DNA of 63,507 bases, counting the filler, from Barthelona sp. PAP020 (lineage: Eukaryota), in assembly GCA_040182905.1 (NCBI GenBank). It is 19 parts of 19 records of this genome, joined end to end, with 100 filler letters (N's around TTAATTAATTAA, not from the genome) between each part and the next. Parts side by side here need not be neighbours in the genome. Positions count along the whole stretch, not along the records: positions 53,964 to 57,097 come from JARQWU010000762.1; positions 57,198 to 60,312 come from JARQWU010000763.1; positions 60,413 to 63,507 come from JARQWU010000764.1; 16 more parts are not named here. One strand, written 5' to 3'. The position numbers were made by a program, and so were the translations under genes. Positions 55,491 to 63,507 of this stretch are shown piece by piece. The notes under the pieces were generated by a model. The model did not search any database and was not told the DNA's origin. It was given only the letters and a program-made list of their open reading frames with translations. Within the stretch, counting starts at the first letter, position 1. Each line of letters begins with the position of its first letter.

Positions 55491-56849
55491 ATGACAAATT
55501 ATCCAAAAATTGATCAAAAAAGAAATTCTTTCACAACAATTAGTAACGATACATCTGATAATTTAATTTTAAACAAAAATAATGTAATTTCGACAGGTTT
55601 CTCTTTTTCAAATGATTTTTTTGAAGAAAAAGAAGATGTTTTAGAGAAAAAAGAATCTTTTCAACACCATAATCAAAATACAGAACATTTTTCTACAATG
55701 ATTAATCTTTTAAAAACAAATCCAAATGATCGCACTGATGAAATGGTTGATGTTTTGATACCCGTTTTAACAAATTTGAAATATTTACAAGAAATTAGTC
55801 CTTTAGTTTTGAGAAATTTTGCAAAGTTTTGTATTTTAGAAGTTTTTGAGCGTAATGATTATATTTTTTATCAAGGCGATATATCTAATTGTTTTTATGT
55901 AGTCTATAGTGGGAAGGTCAACATTATTGTCAAAGATATTTATGGGGTTGATAATATTGTTAAGTGTTGTCGTACTGGAGATTCTTTTGGTGAAATGGGG
56001 CTTGTTTCGCAAAAGGTAAGAGCAGCTACAGTTCAATCAGCACAATATACTCAATTACTAAAAATTGCTGAAAAAGATTATAAAAAGGTTATGTTAGCAA
56101 GTAGTTGGGAAACATTTGCAAATAGAATTAAGCTCTTTCGATGTTTAGCTCCTTTAGATGCTCTTACTTCCCAAAATATTCAGTTACTAGCGGAATTATC
56201 TCATGTTAGAACTTTTCACGCCGGGCAGGTGCTATGCTATCAAGGTTCTGTTCCATTAAAAACTTATTTTATTGTTGAAGGAAATGTATCTGTTTTGAAG
56301 AGAATTGATCTTTTGGAATTCCAAGATATTCCGATAGTCAAAGTAAGTAGAGATGCTAATGGGATTGATAATACACCAGTTAGCAGATTATTTTCCTCCA
56401 CTAAGCCTAATGAAGATCCGGAAATTTTAGGCCCTATCAAAAAGCGACAAAGTGTTGATAAAATGATTCTTTCCCCCCCTCGAAAAACTGGTGACTTCTT
56501 TCGAAAGATTAATACGTCAAATTTAGCAAATTTTCCTGCGTCTGAAAGACAAATGTTTAAAACTTTTGAGATTGGTTCCCTAATTCCAGGACAATATTAT
56601 GGACAGCATGAATGCTTTTTTCGTTCTTCTTATTTGTACAGTTTGGTTGCTATGAATACAGTCATTTGTTTAGAAGTCTCAAGGGCAGATGTTTGTTCAA
56701 TTTTTTCCGAAGATGTTATCAAATCAATGGATAAGTTGCATGAAAAATTCGGGCTTACTGGGTCATCTTTATTTCAGTGGTATTCTGCTGTGGCTTCTTG
56801 GGATACTTACAAAGAAAATGTTGTTGTACATAATCAATATTTGAAATAG
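55491..56849 (+). CDS. Cyclic-nucleotide-binding domain protein (two cNMP domains)
   Basis: IFYQGD...FYVVYSGKV...GDSFGEMGL...RAATV; second domain LCYQG..YFIVEG...GQYYG. Confidence 0.85.
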   Translation: MTNYPKIDQKRNSFTTISNDTSDNLILNKNNVISTGFSFSNDFFEEKEDVLEKKESFQHHNQNTEHFSTMINLLKTNPNDRTDEMVDVLIPVLTNLKYLQEISPLVLRNFAKFCILEVFERNDYIFYQGDISNCFYVVYSGKVNIIVKDIYGVDNIVKCCRTGDSFGEMGLVSQKVRAATVQSAQYTQLLKIAEKDYKKVMLASSWETFANRIKLFRCLAPLDALTSQNIQLLAELSHVRTFHAGQVLCYQGSVPLKTYFIVEGNVSVLKRIDLLEFQDIPIVKVSRDANGIDNTPVSRLFSSTKPNEDPEILGPIKKRQSVDKMILSPPRKTGDFFRKINTSNLANFPASERQMFKTFEIGSLIPGQYYGQHECFFRSSYLYSLVAMNTVICLEVSRADVCSIFSEDVIKSMDKLHEKFGLTGSSLFQWYSAVASWDTYKENVVVHNQYLK

Positions 56850-57013
56850 GTTCAAATGTTTCCAAATTTTTGTATTTTTTTTGTTTTTTGATAATTTTAA
56901 TTAGTTTCTCAATTTTCTTTCATAGTCTTGTAAATAGGTTTTCAATAATTTTGTCACGAGTGTATAAACATTGTACAAAGTTTTTTTGTGTTGATTAGAT
57001 TTAAAAATGAGGG

Positions 57014-57097
57014 TTGTTCACAAGCTTATTATTTTTGGCGAATCGAAATTTTCGGATACTTCCTTTTTCCCTCGAGGTACGGAACTTTTCCTTTACC
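57014..57097. repeat. R3 left end, truncated by contig end
   Basis: Matches 31399-31480. Confidence 0.8.
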
Positions 57098-57197
57098 NNN
57101 NNNNNNNNNNNNNNNNNNNNNNNNNNNNNNNNNNNNNNNNNTTAATTAATTAANNNNNNNNNNNNNNNNNNNNNNNNNNNNNNNNNNNNNNNNNNNN

Positions 57198-57880
57198 TTC
57201 AACAGATCAATCGGGCCTCGAAAGCCTTTAACCAAATAAACACTATTCTTTCTTATTCACTCATACGCACAGTGCTTCTTGGCTTGGAAATAATTGGAGA
57301 TATAAAGAGGTTATCAAATATCACTTCCTTTATTTGTTGTTTCTTGACCACCTTTAGGTCAAATATTGTTAGTTACTTGGGCATCTGAATCCACGTGAGT
57401 TTTTCCCAAACCTTAAGCTAACTCGTTTCGTTGTTCACTGAACTACTCATACCTCATAGATATCTAATAATTGGTTAAGTTATGAAACAACTATATTTAT
57501 TTGCAAAGAAAAGGCAATCAGAGAAAACTCATTTCATAAAATCGGCCACAGAAAATAAGTGGTTGCAATTGAATCTTAATCATATTTTTTTGCATTTTTG
57601 CAAAAGCAAAATTTTAAAGTTTAAACCTCACCTTAGAAAATCTAAAGTTTTTCAACAGATTAATCGGGCCTCGAAAGCCTTTAACCAAATAAACACTATT
57701 CTTTTTATTCACTCATACGCACAGGCTTCTTGGCTTGGAAATAATTTCCAATGTTTTCAAACTTGATGATCAAGATTCAATTACAGCCACACTTTTTCTG
57801 TTGCTGAGATTTAATGAAATGAGTTTTCTCTGATTGCTTTTTCTTTGCAAATAAATATAGTTGTTTCACAATTTGACAAA
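57198..57880. repeat. Repeat cluster: R1 end (57198-57293), R2 (57294-57470), R1 (57471-57744), inverted R1 part (~57765-57880)
   Basis: Direct matches to 696-1018, 478-655 and 17395-17490. Confidence 0.85.
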
Positions 57881-58232
57881 AATTTTTAAATTTGACCATC
57901 AAAATTGAACTTTAGAATCTTAATTCCCAATTAGAATTTTCACTGAAATTTGCTTGAATGGGTTCTTTGGGTTTACTTTCTCTGCAAATAAATACAGTTG
58001 GTTAATATTTGATCCTGTATTTTTTTGCTCTTTAAAGTTTGGTAAAACAAAAGAGTTCTATTTCTCTTTCCTCACATTTTTCTTATTTTTGAGTTATTTT
58101 TCTTTTTGGATGATTGTTCGAAAAGAATTTTGATATGCTATTTCTGCCAAACACAGTTGTTCTGACTATTAAAGAGAGAAAAACAAAAAAATCAATGGCA
58201 CAAAATTTTTTTTATACAAAGGAACAACAATA

Positions 58233-59111
58233 TCATTGAGTGTCTTGTCTGACAATTTCTCCAGTTGCAACACTTCTTTTAGAGGTGTATCCTTCCCCAA
58301 GAACTTTGCTTCTGAACATATATTTTTGTTTTCCTTCTGTAGATTTCATATCAAGAGCTCCAACAGGACAACAGTTAATACAACGCAAACAAAGAATACA
58401 TGAATCAATATCATGAAGAATTGTAGAATCATTTTCACCCATTTTCAAAGCACCAGTAGGACATTCTCTAACACATTTACCATCTAAACGACAAATATCA
58501 AGATTAACTTTGATAGGTTCTTTGAAAGAATCCAATGAATCAAATGAACGTGTGGGTTTGAAAGGACCATCATAATGACAATCTTGGGCATTCTTGATTC
58601 GGTTAAAAACTTCTTCGGCCTCACTTAAACTGTTAGAAATAGAGTCAATTCCCCATTTCCATTCAAATCCAGCATCTTCATCCATAACAATAAAGTTTGA
58701 AGGAGCACAACATTCAAAAAACCCAGCATAAATACCTTTCATATCTTGGACAAATTTATTGATTTGTCCATTGCTAACACCACTTTCTTGAGTCATAGTC
58801 ACAAACCCAAAACAGGGTTTATTTTCAACCAAATTCTCACTTAATGATCTTAAATATTCAAACATTTTGACAAGTTGAGGTCCAACTTGAGAACACCAAG
58901 ACAAGGAACCAAAACTGAGGACATCTGCTTCACCAATTGACTCTAATTCTCTTGTAGATAATCCGCTCCAATCTGGCTTTGTGCAACCAATCACATTGAT
59001 ATATTTGGCAGTGATTTTTTCTTCACTGAAAGATTGAAATTTGGTTGTAATTTCTTTTGCATATTGCTTTGTGTTGTTTGTTGTTGAAGTGAAAATGTGT
59101 GTAATTTTCAT
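58233..59111 (-). CDS. EFR1-like flavodoxin-ferredoxin fusion (bacterial-type)
   Basis: N-terminal FTSTTNNTKQYA flavodoxin loop; CRLDGKCVRECP and CILCLRCINCCP cluster motifs. Confidence 0.85.
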   Translation of the reverse strand: MKITHIFTSTTNNTKQYAKEITTKFQSFSEEKITAKYINVIGCTKPDWSGLSTRELESIGEADVLSFGSLSWCSQVGPQLVKMFEYLRSLSENLVENKPCFGFVTMTQESGVSNGQINKFVQDMKGIYAGFFECCAPSNFIVMDEDAGFEWKWGIDSISNSLSEAEEVFNRIKNAQDCHYDGPFKPTRSFDSLDSFKEPIKVNLDICRLDGKCVRECPTGALKMGENDSTILHDIDSCILCLRCINCCPVGALDMKSTEGKQKYMFRSKVLGEGYTSKRSVATGEIVRQDTQ

Positions 59112-59177
59112 TTGAATGGAATAAAAAAGGATTTATTTTTGGATTTTATAGAAATTTTTTTTTTGTCTTGATTACCC

Positions 59178-60047
59178 ATGTCACAGAGTAACGAACCTAC
59201 TGATTCCAACTTAAGACAACAAAAATTAACAGCTTGTCGACCACATTTCACTTTGAACAGATTATCCTTTATTTTTATCACTTTCGGTACAATATTGATA
59301 TGTTTCGGAGTTTTAATTTTTATAACAGTTAATAATGTGAATCATATTACCATACCTTATTCAAAAGATTCGAATTGTAATGTTGGTTCATCTTGTACTG
59401 TGTCTTTTACAATAGATAAACCAATAAAAGCACCTTCATATGGTTATTATATTTTGACAAATTATTATCAAAATCATCGTAGATACATTAATTCCAAATC
59501 AGATGCTCAATTAAGAGGAGAAACTGGTTTATCAGCAGATGATCTGAAGTCAGAATGTGAACCATTAGTTTCTGATGCTTCTGGTTTATTGAATCCTTGT
59601 GGTTTATTGCCAAATTCTGTTTTTAATGATACTTTTGCTGTTTATGATTCTGGATCAAATTTGATGAGCACTTCCAGAAATGATTTGGTTTGGGAAAGTG
59701 ATGTAAGTAAGTTCAAAAATTCTGCTGGAATGACGAAGGATGTAACTGACCCTACCTTTATAAATTGGATGAGATCCGGTGCTTTACCTTGGTTTAAGAA
59801 ATTACATGTCAGATTTGATAATGATTTCAGCACAGGCAATTATGAACTAAAAGTTGTGAATAACTATCCTGTCAATAGTTTTCAAGGAACAAAGAGTTTT
59901 TACATTACTGAAAGCTCTTGGGTTGGTCCTGATTCCAAATTTTTAGGTTACTTGGCATTGGGAACTGGAATATTTGCATTAATTCTAGGTTTTGCCTTTT
60001 TATGTTATTTAAAGCCTGCCTCGAAGATAAATCATTCTAATTTATGA
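59178..60047 (+). CDS. CDC50: CDC50/LEM3 P4-ATPase flippase subunit
   Basis: RQQKLTACRP, LTNYYQNHRRY, PCGLLPNSVFNDTF, FINWMR, NYPV..F.GTK, two TM. Confidence 0.95.
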   Translation: MSQSNEPTDSNLRQQKLTACRPHFTLNRLSFIFITFGTILICFGVLIFITVNNVNHITIPYSKDSNCNVGSSCTVSFTIDKPIKAPSYGYYILTNYYQNHRRYINSKSDAQLRGETGLSADDLKSECEPLVSDASGLLNPCGLLPNSVFNDTFAVYDSGSNLMSTSRNDLVWESDVSKFKNSAGMTKDVTDPTFINWMRSGALPWFKKLHVRFDNDFSTGNYELKVVNNYPVNSFQGTKSFYITESSWVGPDSKFLGYLALGTGIFALILGFAFLCYLKPASKINHSNL

Positions 60048-60225
60048 TAAAAGTTTGAAATAAATTTGTAACAATTGATTTTTTGGTCAGATGCCATTTT
60101 TTTTAGTTTCTTTTTTGAATGAGTCACTAACTTGATGAAGGGATACTTAAACCTCAGAATATTTTGGTAAAAAAAGGATGAAGTAAAAAAATGGAGAATT
60201 ATAATTTAAGAGTTTTTTCTTCAAA

Positions 60226-60312
60226 ATGGCTTCATTATCACTCGATATTGTGCGTGAATATACACGTGAAAGACGAGAATTCGGTCGTCCTTGTCAATTT
60301 GAGGTTTCTACG
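60226..60312 (+). CDS. DNAI2: Axonemal outer-arm dynein intermediate chain 2, 5' fragment
   Basis: LDIVREYTRERREFGRPCQF resembles [20 protein letters not shown]; only 29 codons visible. Confidence 0.6.
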
Positions 60313-60412
60313 NNNNNNNNNNNNNNNNNNNNNNNNNNNNNNNNNNNNNNNNNNNNTTAATTAATTAANNNNNNNNNNNNNNNNNNNNNNNNNNNNNNNN
60401 NNNNNNNNNNNN

Positions 60413-63400
60413 GCAATCGCCGTTTTCTCAGCGTGCATATCAACAGCATCCTCAATAAGCCCGTGAATGGTCGTCTCAGGGAAACTTACAGGCAGAGGGT
60501 TGAAGGAATGAACTAATTTTTCCATATGTGAATCAACAATAACAAGATTGGAAAGAGATGTTTGAGAAGCATCAATAATCAAATTAATATATTTAATTAA
60601 GAGATTACTGGTAGTTTCAACAGAAATATCTTCATACAATTCTTTCATATATTCAATATGCAGGGCTATTTCGTTTTGAGCAAGATTTGCAACAATATTT
60701 AAAGATATATCGAATTTGGTTGAAGGCAAATCAAACTCAAAGTCTTCCATCTCGAAATTAGGTTGTAATTCAAGGTAGGCTTCTGTTTCAACAACATCTA
60801 AATAATTAATAAGAACCTGGAACAATGGATTTCTGTTTAATTGTCGAGGAATTTTCATTGCATCAATCAACATTTCAATAGGTAATCTTTGATGTTCTAA
60901 TGCACCATTAATTTCCTTCTTTATTTGTTTCAATGATTCCAACAATGTGTAATCATTTTCAAATTGAACTAACAATGGGACAGTATTAACAAAGAAACCA
61001 ATGGTGTCTTGTAATATAGGATTATTACGATTTGCGACAGTCATACCAATAGCAAAATTGTCTTGATTTGTAAACTTATAAAGAGTCAATGAAAATGCAG
61101 TTGCAATGATTTGGAAAGGTGTAAAACTGTTGTTGCGACTGAAATTTGTCAATTTTTCAACCAAGTCCTTGTCCAATATCTTTATTGTAGAACCAGCATC
61201 ATATGATAAGACATCAGGACGTAGGGTCTTTGTGAGCAAAGACAGATCTTCAATTCCTGTCAATCTGTTGGAGAAATATTCAACAGAAGTCTTCAATTGT
61301 TCTTCATAAGCATCAGTTCTTGAATGTAAAGCAAAATCAAGATATGTAAACTCTTTTTCAACACTCATACCCAAATAATTTTTGAACAATTCATTTTCAA
61401 AGATAGGCATCGACCAACCATCAGAAACAATATGATGGAAAGTAATTATCACATAAACTCCAGTAGAATCAGTAAAATAAGCGAATCTGATTGGTAATTC
61501 TTTGGTAAAATCAAATGGTGTATCAGTTTCATGAGCAATCAATTCATCCAAAGAGTTAAACATCCTGACAGGAATCTTGCGATCAGAAATACGTTGATAC
61601 ACATGTTCTCCCTTGTAAACAAATTCAACACGCAATATAGGATTATTTATCATCACAGTATTAACACTGGTGATCAACTTTTCAATATTGACGCTCTTGA
61701 ATTTTCTCGACCAAAACATGTTGTACTGAGTGGTATTTGGTATTAATTGTTCAACAAACCAAACACGTCTTTGACCATGAGATAAAGGAATTAAATCTGG
61801 TTTGTTCTTGATAGGAGAAAGAATAACATGACCTAATTTTTCTAAATCATCCATTGAAATGGCTATTTCTCTGGCTAAATCGATAAGGTTAACAGATTCA
61901 TTAATTTTCTTCATAGAAATTTCAACTTTGAAAATTCTTTGTATTTGGGCAGAAAGTCTCATTGATAAGAGAGAATGACCTCCTTGGCTGATCCAAGAAG
62001 CACCCATATTCACATTGTTCAATAATTTTTTGCAAATATTAAATAATTCAATTTCAACTTCATTTGAAGGTTCTACAATAGCTTCATTTTGGGGCAACAT
62101 TTTTGAAATTTTCACAAAATCTACCTTACCATTTGAAGTCAAAGGCAATGAATCGACGGATAATAACACATTAGGAACCATATAGGAAGGTAATTGATCA
62201 ATACACAATTGTCTAATTTCATCGGTTTCAATAGATGAAATAACAACAGCTATCAAACGATTTTCATAAACGAACACAGCAGTTTCCTTTGAAACATTGC
62301 TTAAAACAGATGATATGTCTTCCAATTCAATACGATAACCATTGATTTTAACTTGATTATCCATTCTACCCAAATAATAGAAGTTATTATTGATTTTCTT
62401 GGTAACATCACCAGAAAGATATACTCGTGAATCAATAACATCACCAACATTATCTATTTCAAAGAATTTTTGTGCAGTTAGCTCACGATCAAGATATCCT
62501 TTTGCAAGACCAGGACCACCCAGGACTAATTCACCAGGAACACCATCAGGAAGGATTCTTAAGTGATGGTCAACTATCCAACCACAACTAGATCCCAACA
62601 GTTTACCAATAGGGATTGGATCTTCAGCATTTTGAGGAATTTCATAGCTGTGTGTTTGAACACCGACTTCAGTTGGACCATAACCATTGATGATGACAGC
62701 ATGATCAATATCTTTTGAATATGAAGCATGATAAGCTTCACCACCAACTAAAATAGCATCCATTAAATTAATTTTCTCAGGAATTTCAGAAGTATAGGAA
62801 GCAAACAGTGCTGTTGGTAGTATGCAACAACTGATTTTATTTACTTCAACAAATTCACCAAATTTCAAAGTATCCAAAAGGGTTTTTTCACTGCAAATAT
62901 ATAATGTACCACCATGAGTCAATGTGCCCAAAGTTTCTAAAATTGTAGGGTCAAATGCTGGATTCATAAATGATCCAACATGAGTACCAACATTAACATG
63001 ACCACCGTAAGCAATCAAAGAAGCGTGACTCAAAGCTTTTTGAGTTAATACAACACCTTTGGGTTTACCAGTGGTTCCTGAAGTAAAGATGATATATGCA
63101 GGGTCTTCCTCTTCAACTTTTTTAATTGTGGAAATAGAGCCATTTCTCGCATCATCAAATGAAACACAACCGCAATCCACAGCGGTTACATATTCTGTTG
63201 AGGCATGATATAGCGTATGAGACATTTCAGTCTTCTTGATCATATAGTTAAGACGTTCTAGAGGTAATTTGGGATCAAGGGCACAGAATGACCTTCCAGA
63301 CATCAAAATTCCAATTCGAGAAGCAACCAATTCAAAAGATCTGTTCATTGCAACACCAACAACATTACTAGCTTGTATTTCATCCAAATAACCGGAAACT

Positions 63401-63507
63401 TTTAAACTTACATTCCAAAGGTCTTCATATGAATGTGTTGTTCCATCTTCTTCCACAACAGCAATATTTGTGGGAATTGATGTCACCTTTCTTTCAAACA
63501 TTGAAAT
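60413..63507 (-). CDS. Non-ribosomal peptide synthetase, internal fragment A-T-C-(A)
   Basis: YIIFTSGTTGKPKG, NGYGPTE, GELVLGGPGLAKGY, GRMDNQVKINGYRIEL, NGKVD; carrier GGHSL; condensation HHIVSDGWS; frame open at both contig ends. Confidence 0.95.

Noticed and set aside
1433..60047. Possible stop-codon reassignment
   Set aside because: Conserved genes read through without internal stops and end in TAA, TGA or TAG

Overview
The window is not contiguous DNA. It is 19 short contigs (3,402 down to 3,095 bp, sorted by decreasing length) joined by an artificial 100-bp linker (44 N + TTAATTAATTAA + 44 N), so neighbourhood is only meaningful inside a contig. The DNA is from an AT-rich, gene-dense eukaryote with the standard genetic code, very short intergenic regions and rare 39-42-nt GT-AG introns. 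Gene content suggests a flagellated, probably anaerobic protist with closed mitosis (inference from DNAI2, AK8-like, dynein-like, Brr6/Brl1 and a flavodoxin-ferredoxin fusion). Housekeeping genes include NLE1, syntaxin, RRP6-like, RRP41, an eIF2-alpha kinase, TRAPPC13, PAK, Mei2-like, MCM5, ALG9-like, UBC12, SKP1, CDC50 and tRNAs. Most interesting: (1) all three tRNA or tRNA-like genes have a related repeat starting 60-73 nt downstream, two have an identically spaced external B-box-like motif, and one repeat links by sequence to a DIRS-like gag-RT element, suggesting a tRNA-3'-targeted retroelement; (2) a head-to-head pair of DUF2589 genes, one fused to a multipass membrane protein, plus an intron-bearing third copy; (3) a bacterial-type NRPS; (4) a tRNA-like gene with an aberrant anticodon arm; (5) a hypervariable modular ankyrin family; (6) several catalytically degenerate enzymes, bacterial-like genes and three dispersed non-coding repeat families. 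All family assignments come from motif recognition by eye and need HMM confirmation.
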